Shown here in pieces: positions 45,750-53,895 of a DNA stretch of 64,000 nucleotides. Position 1 is the stretch's first letter, and each line of letters opens with the position of its first letter. Origin of the DNA: an uncultured Candidatus Saccharibacteria bacterium (GTDB lineage: Bacteria > Patescibacteriota > Minisyncoccia > Minisyncoccales > CAYUYO01); contig CAYUYO010000002.1 of the NCBI GenBank assembly GCA_964449385.1, positions 15,414-79,413 of the forward strand, in the 5' to 3' direction. A program made the translations under genes and the position numbers. The notes below the pieces were generated by a model that was not told the DNA's origin, searched no databases, and saw nothing but the letters and a program-made list of their open reading frames with translations.

Positions 45750-46712
45750 TCCGCAAAGTTTAGCAATAAATAAGATGTAAAGTAAAAGATACATTGCCCC
45801 TTCCCAGATATGAATTTTTCGGGAAATCCCGGAAATTATAAAAAGTAAAGTAGCAACAATTAAAAATGGAAGACCAATTGAGAAAGTAAGTTCATCAACT
45901 GTTAAAGGACGAATCAGAGCCGGAATTCCTACTACCAATAAAATATTAAAAACATTTGAACCGAAAATATTTCCTAAAGCAATTTCATATTTTTTCTTCA
46001 AAGAAGCTCTAATTGAAACTACTAGTTCTGGTAAAGAAGTACCTATAGCCAAAACAGTAATAGCTATTAAAGAACTGGAAATCTTTAATAGCTCAGAAAT
46101 CTTTATCATTGCTTCAATTGTATAATTAGCTCCAACGGTTAATCCTACTATTCCTAAAACTAAAAATAAAAAAGTTTTAGAATTAATCCCTGGAGAAACT
46201 TTTCGTCTTTCCACTCTTGAAGGTAAGATTTCAATTGCTTCTGAAATTTCTTTTTCGGGCTTTCTTTTTTGAAAAATTGTATACAAAATATAAATTAAAA
46301 AACCTAAAATCAATAAAATTCCTTCCCCTAAAACTATTTTTTTATCCCAGACTACAAAAATAAAGAGAAAGGTAGTAATACCCAAGAGAGGAGCATCTAA
46401 ATCAATCAAGTTTCTTTTAACAATTAGAGTTTTAGCCAATATTGCAGAAATCCCAACTATTAAAAGAATATTTCCTAAATTAGACCCTACGACATTAGCA
46501 GCAACTATTTCGGTTGTTCCTTTAAGAGTGGCAATTATTGATGTAGCTAATTCAGGAAAAGAAGTACCAATAGCAACAATAGTTACTCCGATTATAAAGG
46601 GAGAAATTTTTAGGGCTAATCCAATTTTTTCTGAGCTTTCTACAAACCAATCAGCCGATTTTACCAAGACGGCTAAACTTAAAATAAAAGCTAAAATCCA
46701 GAGAATTAACAT
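45741..46712 (-). CDS. Ca2+/Na+ antiporter (CaCA/YrbG family)
   Basis: Two alpha-repeat motifs GTSFPELATS and GTSLPELVVS; 323 aa polytopic. Confidence 0.88.
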   Translation of the reverse strand: MLILWILAFILSLAVLVKSADWFVESSEKIGLALKISPFIIGVTIVAIGTSFPELATSIIATLKGTTEIVAANVVGSNLGNILLIVGISAILAKTLIVKRNLIDLDAPLLGITTFLFIFVVWDKKIVLGEGILLILGFLIYILYTIFQKRKPEKEISEAIEILPSRVERRKVSPGINSKTFLFLVLGIVGLTVGANYTIEAMIKISELLKISSSLIAITVLAIGTSLPELVVSIRASLKKKYEIALGNIFGSNVFNILLVVGIPALIRPLTVDELTFSIGLPFLIVATLLFIISGISRKIHIWEGAMYLLLYILFIAKLCGLF

Positions 46713-47044
46713 GTTAAATGAAATAAACCAATTACTTTTTTATTCTTCACTTCAGCATTAAAAACCTTAATTGCCTCAGTTGTTTCATCAACAATCAGCC
46801 CAATTCCTTTAGAAAGAATCTCTTTCTTCGCATTATCAGTTATTTTAGCTAATCCTGGCTCGCCCGTTCCGACAACAATTAACTCTGGGTTTTGTTCAAT
46901 TGCTCTTTTAAGGCTTTCGATATCAATAATATGAGATTCTTTTCTCCACCACTCTAAAACTTTCCCATCCCAACGGACTTCAACATCATATTCATAAGTT
47001 TTCCCTAAAATAATAATTAACCCAAATTTATATTCTTCTATCAT
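46706..47044 (-). CDS. Mth938-like (DUF498) domain protein
   Basis: 112 aa; DVEVRWDGKV.., LIVVGTGEPG pattern of the Mth938 fold family. Confidence 0.6.
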   Translation of the reverse strand: MIEEYKFGLIIILGKTYEYDVEVRWDGKVLEWWRKESHIIDIESLKRAIEQNPELIVVGTGEPGLAKITDNAKKEILSKGIGLIVDETTEAIKVFNAEVKNKKVIGLFHLTC

Positions 47045-47067
47045 AATAGTTTATTTTATCATAATAA

Positions 47068-48315
47068 TTAAAAAATAGTTGATTGGCGAGATAAATTTTT
47101 TTGCTCTTTCTTATAAAAAATCCTAACTTTACCATAAACTCCGTCGTAACCCGGCTCAACATAAACTTTTCCTTCTCTGACCCTAATTATACCTTCAGTA
47201 ATTTCTGGTGAAGTAGCTACTTTTAAGTCTTGAGATGAGATATCAAGTAGAACTTTAAATTCATTTCCAAATTTTTCAATTAGATTTTTGTATTCTTTAT
47301 CAACTCGCTTTGTCATTGATCCTACTCCTAAAACATCAGCAATAATTTCAACTAAAGGAACCAAACTTTTGAAGGGAATAAGATTTTCTGATTTAAATCC
47401 TTCTTTTTTATCAGCTAAAAAATCCACCCTATTTAGAACTCCAATTGTTAAAGGTTTCCCGCAACTTGGACAAATATTATTGTATTTTTTAGATTCTTTT
47501 GGTGATAAACTAATTTTGCAATTTCTATGGCCATCATAATAATATTTCCCTTCTTCGGGATAAAATTCAACAGTATATAAAAACTTTTTAGGATTTTTTT
47601 CTTTAATAGCTTCAATTATCGCTTGATAACTTACTTCAGTATTAAAAACATTTGCTTCACGGCCAATATGGGCAGGGCTATGAGCATCGCTGTTTGAAAT
47701 CAAAGTTACTTTTCGACCATCGGGAATTCGCCAAATCATTGCAGGGTTAGCTGATAGACCTGTTTCTAAAGCAAAAATATATTTTGAATAATCCTCAAAA
47801 CATTCTTCTATGGAATCAAAGCCGGATTTCGAACCAAATATACCAAACCAGGGAGTAAAACAATGTGCAGGAATAATTAAACAATCTTTTGAGATATTTA
47901 AAACAATCTTTACTAATTCTTTCGAATCTAATCCTAAAATCGGTCTTCCGTCGGATTTCAAACTACCAATACGACTTAAATGAGCATTAATTTTCTCTAC
48001 TATTTTAAAAGAAGGAGCAAAAATTAAATTGTGAATTTTTCTAACTCTTCCAGCTTTAGAATAAATATTAGATATTTCAACAGTTAAAATAAATCTTGTT
48101 TCTGAGTTAGAGTTTTTTAATTTAAAAAGTCCCTCTTCGGCCGGTTTTAATTTTTCTTTTAGTCCTTTTAACCATTCTGGATAGGTGAAATCCCCTGTTC
48201 CTAAAATTTTAATTCCCTTAATTTTTGCCCATTTATCTAAATTTTCTAAATCCATTTGAGGAGAAGTTGCTCTGGAATATTTACTATGAAGATGAAAATC
48301 AGCAATAAATGTCAT
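47068..48315 (-). CDS. endonuclease Q-like PHP-domain nuclease
   Basis: N-terminal ADFHLHSKYSRATS PHP motif, CPSCGKPLTIGVLNRV zinc finger, about 415 aa as in EndoQ. Confidence 0.7.
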   Translation of the reverse strand: MTFIADFHLHSKYSRATSPQMDLENLDKWAKIKGIKILGTGDFTYPEWLKGLKEKLKPAEEGLFKLKNSNSETRFILTVEISNIYSKAGRVRKIHNLIFAPSFKIVEKINAHLSRIGSLKSDGRPILGLDSKELVKIVLNISKDCLIIPAHCFTPWFGIFGSKSGFDSIEECFEDYSKYIFALETGLSANPAMIWRIPDGRKVTLISNSDAHSPAHIGREANVFNTEVSYQAIIEAIKEKNPKKFLYTVEFYPEEGKYYYDGHRNCKISLSPKESKKYNNICPSCGKPLTIGVLNRVDFLADKKEGFKSENLIPFKSLVPLVEIIADVLGVGSMTKRVDKEYKNLIEKFGNEFKVLLDISSQDLKVATSPEITEGIIRVREGKVYVEPGYDGVYGKVRIFYKKEQKNLSRQSTIF

Positions 48316-48319
48316 ATGT

Positions 48320-49459
48320 TTAAAAGTTAAAAATTTGAAAAATTGCTCCTAAAACAAAAATAGCTATTAAAAAGTATAATAAAATAGCCGGAGTTTTTAA
48401 ACAATATTCTGGTTTTCTATTTCCTAAAGACTTTGCCTTTTTAAAAATTAAAACAATGGCTATTCCTTCAATTGCTCCAATAAATGTACCAACTAATCCA
48501 ATGGTTTCAATAAAATTTCTGAACCCAATTAAAAATAAAATTAAAGGTAATCCACAGGCAATAAGAGCAGAAAACTGTCTTGGAATTTTATAGTCATAAA
48601 ATAAAGTATTTTTAAAATAATTGCCTAAAACTAAAAAAGAAGTAGATATAGCTAACACCCCAAACAAAGCACCTAAAATAACAATATTTTGATTCAAATA
48701 AGGTATAAGTCCCTGAAAAGCTTCAGGGGTAGTATTATTACCCGAAACACCAATAATAGATATCGTAAAAAGAAAATATAGAACAATAACAATTGAAATA
48801 ACCAAAATTATTATTTTTTTAAGACCTTTCTTCTCTTCTGGTTTTTTAAGAATTTCAGCAATTATTGGTATGGCCGGATAACCAATTAAAGAAAACAAAA
48901 TTATTCCATAAGGTAAAAAAATGCCTTTTAAATTTATTATGCTGAAATTTTGAAGATTAAATTTCGGCAAAACTAAGAAGATTAATAAAAATATTACGGA
49001 AAATAGGGCAATATTCATTAAAAGCTCTGCTCGAGCAATTAATTTTATTCCTCGAAAAATAAAAAAAGCCAAAATAAACCAAAAAATCAGGCTAAAATAA
49101 AAAGAAGGTAAATTAAGGAATGAAGAAAAGATAAGCTTCAAAAAATCTCCACCAATAATTATATAAGCCAAAAGAGTACCAGCTAATCCTACAATAGTTG
49201 AAATAGTAATTAAGATTCTGCCTTTGTTCCCTAAATATTTTTTGGCATAACCGGGTAATCTATGTTTTTCTCTTGTCCTTAAAATTACTTCTCCAAAAAG
49301 CAAATGGATTAATAAAATTGCTCCGCCCAATATTAAAAAGTAAAAAAAACCGGGGATAAGCCCGCTTCCTTTAATTGCATAAGGAATGCCAAAAATTCCT
49401 GCCCCAATTATTGTTCCTAATAAAATAGAACTTACTAAAAGAAGTTTCTTAATCCTCAT
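48320..49459 (-). CDS. amino acid permease (aromatic amino acid/Trp-Tyr permease-like)
   Basis: About 11 helices; N-terminal GTIIGAGIFGIPYA motif. Confidence 0.65.
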   Translation of the reverse strand: MRIKKLLLVSSILLGTIIGAGIFGIPYAIKGSGLIPGFFYFLILGGAILLIHLLFGEVILRTREKHRLPGYAKKYLGNKGRILITISTIVGLAGTLLAYIIIGGDFLKLIFSSFLNLPSFYFSLIFWFILAFFIFRGIKLIARAELLMNIALFSVIFLLIFLVLPKFNLQNFSIINLKGIFLPYGIILFSLIGYPAIPIIAEILKKPEEKKGLKKIIILVISIVIVLYFLFTISIIGVSGNNTTPEAFQGLIPYLNQNIVILGALFGVLAISTSFLVLGNYFKNTLFYDYKIPRQFSALIACGLPLILFLIGFRNFIETIGLVGTFIGAIEGIAIVLIFKKAKSLGNRKPEYCLKTPAILLYFLIAIFVLGAIFQIFNF

Positions 49460-49515
49460 TAAAATATTTTAATGCGAAGTATTGAACACTTTCGCTTTTG
49501 TAATAAGCTCGACTT

Positions 49516-49791
49516 CTAAAGCTTATATACGTTATAGCCTTCCCGAACTCTTTGATCAACTTTTGTTCCAATCGAATCACCTTTTTTGGCTGTCTTTATT
49601 TTTTGATGATCAACCTCCATTGATTCAATAACCTGTTCAAAATCAGTTTCTCCACCAATAATTCTGATATTATCACCTACTTTTAAGGGAGCCGAAAGGT
49701 CAATGACGGCTACTCCAATATTGTTAAAATAATGAGAAATTTTACCTATTAATTTTCCTTCTTCAGAATTTTTAGGCTTTTTGTCTACCAT
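49516..49791 (-). CDS. small EF-Tu domain-2-like beta-barrel protein (translation elongation factor-like)
   Basis: 91 aa; VGDNIRIIG...FEQVIESMEVDHQKI..AKKGDSIG pattern resembling the translation-factor beta-barrel. Confidence 0.5.
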   Translation of the reverse strand: MVDKKPKNSEEGKLIGKISHYFNNIGVAVIDLSAPLKVGDNIRIIGGETDFEQVIESMEVDHQKIKTAKKGDSIGTKVDQRVREGYNVYKL

Positions 49792-49811
49792 TTTTTTAAT
49801 GCTTTTTATTT

Positions 49812-50411
49812 TTATTTCGACCTTTTACGATTTTCTTTTTTTTCTTTCTTAATAAGAGCAATTAATTTTTTAACTATTTTTTTAGGATCTTTCTCATAAA
49901 TAATCTTTTTTACTCCTCGGTGAGGACCAGTAGCAATTGCCCTTATTTTATCAGCTGTTCCTCCAGATCCTTCTAAAACACCAATTGGTTTCTGGTCTTC
50001 AAAAGCAATGGTAAATTCGTTTAATGTTCCCATTCTGCCACAAATAATAATTACTCCGTCGGCAGCATTGGTCATTAACAAATTTCTTCCCGAATAATCA
50101 AAACCAGTATAAATAATTATATCAAAAGCATCAACCGGCAACTTATAACTTTTTAAATGGGCAATTTCTGAACCAGCTGGAGAAAATCCAATAGAAAAAC
50201 CGCCGACTTTTTTACATCCTTGAGCAGAAAAATAAGGAACACCTGTAGTAGCTCCGGTAACTAAGATACATTTTTGTTTAGCAATTTCTTTACCAATTTC
50301 TTCAGATAATTTTTCAATTCCCTGGCAACAATGGCCAATTTGAGCTGCTCCGGAAACAGCAATTTTATAACGTATTTTATATGCCATAAATATATTATAA
50401 CATAAATGCAA
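49812..50411 (-). CDS. LOG/TIGR00725-like Rossmann protein (lysine-decarboxylase-like family)
   Basis: KIAVSGAA.., VTGATTG, ICGRMGTLNEF (GGxGTxxE-like). The second Met at 50387 (MAYKIRYKIAVSG) is an equally plausible start. Confidence 0.65.
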   Translation of the reverse strand: MHLCYNIFMAYKIRYKIAVSGAAQIGHCCQGIEKLSEEIGKEIAKQKCILVTGATTGVPYFSAQGCKKVGGFSIGFSPAGSEIAHLKSYKLPVDAFDIIIYTGFDYSGRNLLMTNAADGVIIICGRMGTLNEFTIAFEDQKPIGVLEGSGGTADKIRAIATGPHRGVKKIIYEKDPKKIVKKLIALIKKEKKENRKRSK

Positions 50412-50423
50412 CTTTAAGAAACT

Positions 50424-50452
50424 AAAAAAGGAAATAATTGTTTCCTTTTTTT
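50424..50452 (-). terminator. intrinsic terminator (hairpin symmetric, works on both strands)
   Basis: Minus strand: A7-GGAAA-CAAUUA-UUUCC-U6. Follows the structured RNA after 2 nt and precedes the LOG-like start by 12 nt (or 36 nt). Confidence 0.7.
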
Positions 50453-50454
50453 AG

Positions 50455-50580
50455 TGAGGGGGAACAGTTCTTTCTGTTATTGGCTTGAGTCAAAACCTAT
50501 ATGGACATTTAATAGGGACGTCCTTTAGCCTCCTTCATAAAAAACCGTTTGTCCTACAAGAAAAATCTTGTACCCCCTCA
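50455..50580 (-). ncRNA. unclassified structured RNA (riboswitch-like leader or small RNA)
   Basis: GC-rich closing helix UGAGGGGG (50580-50573)/CCCCCUCA (50462-50455) in an AT-rich genome. Internal hairpins are UACAAGA-UUUU-UCUUGUA (50572-50555) and AACAG-AAAGAA-CUGUU (50478-50463). Flanked by its own promoter and terminator. Confidence 0.55.
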
Positions 50581-50586
50581 AACATA

Positions 50587-50615
50587 AGTCTATCTGAACT
50601 AAAAATTAGTGTCAA
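50587..50615 (-). promoter_or_regulatory. candidate promoter of the structured RNA
   Basis: Minus strand: TTGACA (50615-50610), 17-nt spacer, TAGACT (50592-50587). The predicted start about 7 nt downstream coincides with the first base of the closing helix. Confidence 0.5.
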
Positions 50616-50621
50616 GATTTG

Positions 50622-50693
50622 TGCCCTTAGTAGGAATCGAACCTACATTCCAAGCTCCGGAGGCCTGTACTCTATCCATTAAGTTATAAGGGC
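50622..50693 (-). tRNA. tRNA-Arg (anticodon CCG), CCA not encoded
   Basis: Reverse complement gives acceptor GCCCTTA/TAAGGGC plus A. Anticodon stem CAGGC/GCTTG with loop CTCCGGA. T arm GTAGG-TTCGATT-CCTAC. Starts 1 nt after the upstream gene stop. Confidence 0.88.
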
Positions 50694-50694
50694 A

Positions 50695-51435
50695 TTATTT
50701 TTCCGCGACTAAATAAATATTAGATTCTTTTGTTTTTGAACTCTTTAAAATTCCCTTTTTTTTAATTTTAAAATCTACCGACTGAACTATTTTTTTAAAA
50801 CCTTTTATAGTGAAATAGTGAATATATCTTTGTATAATATTGCTCCATGAAACAAAAAAATCCCCAAAATCCAGTTTTGACATGCCAAAAATTTTTAAAA
50901 TTTGATCTTTTAGAAATCCCTTTACTCTCTTTTGTTGACCAATTAAAATCATTGTTATTGGATTTAAGTTCCAAACAGTCAAAATAAAAATACCCTTAGG
51001 TTTCAAAACTCTTTTTGCTTCCTTTAAAAATTTGAGACGGAATTCTTTAGAAGGAATATGATGAAAAACCGCAAAGCTAAAAATTTTATCAAAATAATTC
51101 GAAGAAAATGGTAGACTTAAAGCATCGGCTACTTGGAAGTCTCTATTTGGATATTTTTCTTTCGCTATCTTAATCATTTTTTTAGAAATATCAACTCCGA
51201 AATATTCAACCTGCATATTTTTAAAAACTTCAAAAAATCTTCCATTTCCACAACCCAAATCTAAAATTCTATCTCCTGGACCAATATATTTTAAAAGTAG
51301 CTCTTTTCTATCTTCAGGTACATATTCCCTCGTTCTTGAAAAGTCCTCGGCAGTTAAGTTATAATCTGCTGTAGTCTTTTTAAAAAGATATTGAGCGTAT
51401 TTTTTATCCATCAATGAATATTGAAGAATTAACAA
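50695..51435 (-). CDS. class I SAM-dependent methyltransferase, Trm9/ALKBH8-MT-like
   Basis: DFSRTREYVPE..ILDLGCGNGRF, ADALSLPF, FAVFHHIPSKEFR, LTVWNL, FFVSW...RYIHYFT parallel the Trm9 blocks FSQTRYKPWP..DVGCGNGKY, ADGLNLP, AVVHH..ERR, WALEQ, VPW..RYYH. The start is probably the internal Met at 51411 (MDKKYAQ). Confidence 0.65.
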   Translation of the reverse strand: MLILQYSLMDKKYAQYLFKKTTADYNLTAEDFSRTREYVPEDRKELLLKYIGPGDRILDLGCGNGRFFEVFKNMQVEYFGVDISKKMIKIAKEKYPNRDFQVADALSLPFSSNYFDKIFSFAVFHHIPSKEFRLKFLKEAKRVLKPKGIFILTVWNLNPITMILIGQQKRVKGFLKDQILKIFGMSKLDFGDFFVSWSNIIQRYIHYFTIKGFKKIVQSVDFKIKKKGILKSSKTKESNIYLVAEK

Positions 51436-52970
51436 TCCAAGAATTAATTAAAAATAGAGCAAAAACTCCAGCTGATTTAGCTATGATTAAAAGAAAAATA
51501 GCTAAAAAATATAAAACTTCCTGCTCTTCAAATATTATCCTCTTAAAAGTTTATCATAAGATGGTCGGAAAGAAAAGATTAAAATTGTCAAAAATATTAG
51601 AAAAACTACTTCAAACCAGACCAATTCGCTCTCTTTCAGGAATCGTTAATGTTTCTGTTTTAACTTCACCCTATCCTTGTCCTGGTAAATGTATTTATTG
51701 TCCTTTTCAAAAAGGAATCCCCAAGAGTTATCTTCCCGGAGAACCAGCTGTAGAAAGAGCTAAAAGATTGGATTACAATCCTTATCAGCAAGTTAAAAAA
51801 AGAATTGAAATGCTAAAAATGGAGGGTCATCCTATTGATAAGATAGATATAAGAATTATTGGCGGAACCTGGAGTTATTATCCCAAAAAATATCAAACTT
51901 GGTTTATTACACACTGTTTTACAGCATGCAACGCAAAATATACAAGAAAAATTAAATCTTTAGAAAAAGAGCAAAAATTAAACGAAAAAGCGAAATGTCG
52001 AGTAGTTGGACTGTCAATAGAAACCAGACCGGATTTTATTACTAAAAAAGAGATTAAACATCTGAGAAAATTAGGAGTTACTCGGGTAGAAATAGGAGTT
52101 CAAAATATTTATGACGATGTTTTAGAGTTAAATAAAAGAGGCCATAACATAAAAACTACAATTAAAGCAACAAAACTTCTCAAAGATGCTGGTTTTAAAG
52201 TCTGCTATCAAATGATGCTAAATTTACCCGGTTCTAATTTAAAAAGAGATGAAAAAATGTTTGAAGAACTTTTTTCCAATTCTGATTTTCAACCCGACTT
52301 GCTAAAAATTTACCCTTGTGCCTTATTAAAACAAGCTCCTCTTTATAGATGGTGGAAAAAAGGAAAATACAAGCCCTATACTACTTCTCAACTAATAAAT
52401 CTTGTTAAATCAATTAAAAAGAAAATACCTTATTATGTCAGAATTCAAAGAATAACTAGGGATATTCCTTCTCAAGAAATCGTTGCCGGTCCGGCTAAAA
52501 TTTCTAATTTGCGCCAAATTATTGCTAAAGATTCTGAAAATGAAGATTGGGAATGCCATTGCATAAGATGTCGAGAAGTTAAAGAAAATTACAATTCAAA
52601 AGAAAAAATAAAATTATTTCGTCAAAATTATAAAGCTTCTGACGGAAAAGAAATATTTTTAAGTTTTGAAAGTAAAAATCAGGAAAAGCTTTATAGTTTA
52701 CTTCGTCTACGTATTTCTTCAGAAAATAAAGCTATTATAAGAGAAATTCATACCTATGGTAGAGCAATACCAATTTCTGAAAAAAAATCGGCCCCTCAGC
52801 ACAAAGGATTAGGTAAAAGGTTACTTAAAGAAGCAGAAAAAATAGCCAAAAAGGAATTTGGCTTAAATAAAATCAAGGTAATCTCGGGAGTTGGTGTTAG
52901 AAATTATTTTGGCAAATTAGGTTATAAATTAGAAAATACTTATATGGTTAAACATTTCGAGAAACTCTGA
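51414..52970 (+). CDS. elp3: Elp3-type radical SAM/GNAT tRNA U34 carboxymethyl-modification enzyme
   Basis: Radical SAM cluster motif PYPCPGKCIYCP, TIM-barrel middle region, C-terminal GNAT acetyl-CoA loop QHKGLGKRLLKEAEKIA; 518 aa. Confidence 0.88.
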   Translation: MNIEELTIQELIKNRAKTPADLAMIKRKIAKKYKTSCSSNIILLKVYHKMVGKKRLKLSKILEKLLQTRPIRSLSGIVNVSVLTSPYPCPGKCIYCPFQKGIPKSYLPGEPAVERAKRLDYNPYQQVKKRIEMLKMEGHPIDKIDIRIIGGTWSYYPKKYQTWFITHCFTACNAKYTRKIKSLEKEQKLNEKAKCRVVGLSIETRPDFITKKEIKHLRKLGVTRVEIGVQNIYDDVLELNKRGHNIKTTIKATKLLKDAGFKVCYQMMLNLPGSNLKRDEKMFEELFSNSDFQPDLLKIYPCALLKQAPLYRWWKKGKYKPYTTSQLINLVKSIKKKIPYYVRIQRITRDIPSQEIVAGPAKISNLRQIIAKDSENEDWECHCIRCREVKENYNSKEKIKLFRQNYKASDGKEIFLSFESKNQEKLYSLLRLRISSENKAIIREIHTYGRAIPISEKKSAPQHKGLGKRLLKEAEKIAKKEFGLNKIKVISGVGVRNYFGKLGYKLENTYMVKHFEKL

Positions 52971-53895
52971 TTAACCCTGAACAAGGAATAATTTCTATTC
53001 CTTTTTTTTCAAGTTCATCTAAAAACAAATTTACCCCTAAAGAATCGGAAGACATATGTCCAGCAATAACAATATTAAGATTTGAAGCTTCGGCTTCTTT
53101 TTTATGTTCTTCTGACATATGCATACCTACCACGGTGCCAATCCCGGATTGAGCCATTTTTTCATAAATTTTCGGAGAACCTTCTGTCCCGCCAGTAATC
53201 TCAGTTAAAGCAATTTTTCCGCAACGATTTTCTTCAGTTCCAACGAATATTTTAGGACCAACTCCAATTTCCATTGCTTTTTTATATTCCGGAACTGTTT
53301 TAAATACGTTTATTAAATCACTAATTCTTTCCGGATTTTCTTTTTCAATTAAATCCTTTAAAAATTTAGCTGCTAAATTATCGCAAGGAGTATGAGAATT
53401 CATTAAATTAATTTTAAGAAGCCTAGCAGCATCTACCGTTCTTTGATGATTAATAGGATTAACTCCTCTAGCTACTTCTCCAATTCTTTCTTTCATTAAT
53501 CCTTCGGCAATATTTATGGGAACTCCGTAAAAATTTAAAACATCACACTGTAAATCCATTACATCTGCTAAATGTGCTAATCCTTTTCCAATAGGATGAT
53601 GAGCAATAACTAAATCTATTCCATCAATTTCTTTAGATATAAGGAGTTCTGCCGATTCAATATCAATACCGACTAAAACTTTTTTTATTTCTTTATCTTC
53701 GGCAATATGATAAATCCTTGAGTCCAAATAAGGGTTTGTTAAAATTTCTTTATCTGCTTCTTTTTTTTCTTCTTCGGTTAATTTTTCGTATTTTTCTTTT
53801 TTTCTTGTTAAAAATTTTTTAACTCCTTCTTCTCCACGAAAATCAGCCTCAATACCTTTATTTATTGCTAGATTGTAAATTTCTTTTATCTTCAT
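52948..53895 (-). CDS. NIF3 (YbgI/GTP cyclohydrolase 1 type 2 homolog) family protein
   Basis: DLVIAHHP dinuclear-metal motif; AGHMSSD second-half motif. Confidence 0.75.
   Translation of the reverse strand: MKIKEIYNLAINKGIEADFRGEEGVKKFLTRKKEKYEKLTEEEKKEADKEILTNPYLDSRIYHIAEDKEIKKVLVGIDIESAELLISKEIDGIDLVIAHHPIGKGLAHLADVMDLQCDVLNFYGVPINIAEGLMKERIGEVARGVNPINHQRTVDAARLLKINLMNSHTPCDNLAAKFLKDLIEKENPERISDLINVFKTVPEYKKAMEIGVGPKIFVGTEENRCGKIALTEITGGTEGSPKIYEKMAQSGIGTVVGMHMSEEHKKEAEASNLNIVIAGHMSSDSLGVNLFLDELEKKGIEIIPCSGLIRVSRNV

Noticed and set aside
49460-49515. Hairpin GCGAAGT...ACTTTCGC between the small EF-like gene and the permease gene, considered as a terminator.
   Set aside because: The stem is imperfect (bulged). 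On the coding (minus) strand it is not followed by a proper U tract, so it is too weak to call.
50455-50580. Possible identity of the structured RNA as SRP (4.5S) RNA, 6S RNA, RNase P RNA, or a TPP or purine riboswitch.
   Set aside because: There is no SRP helix-8 signature (GNAR tetraloop flanked by AGG/GGAAGCAGC-type loops). It is not a single long rod as in 4.5S or 6S RNA. It is far too short for RNase P and lacks GAGGAAAGUCC. The partial resemblances on the plus strand (UGAG...ACCU...UGGA of TPP; UAAAUGUCC of the purine P3 loop) lack the remaining invariant junction nucleotides and would sit on the wrong strand for any downstream gene.
50485-50682. 65-aa plus-strand ORF in the LOG-like/Trm9-like intergenic region.
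   Set aside because: It runs antisense through tRNA-Arg and the structured RNA element. The open frame is better explained by those RNA features.
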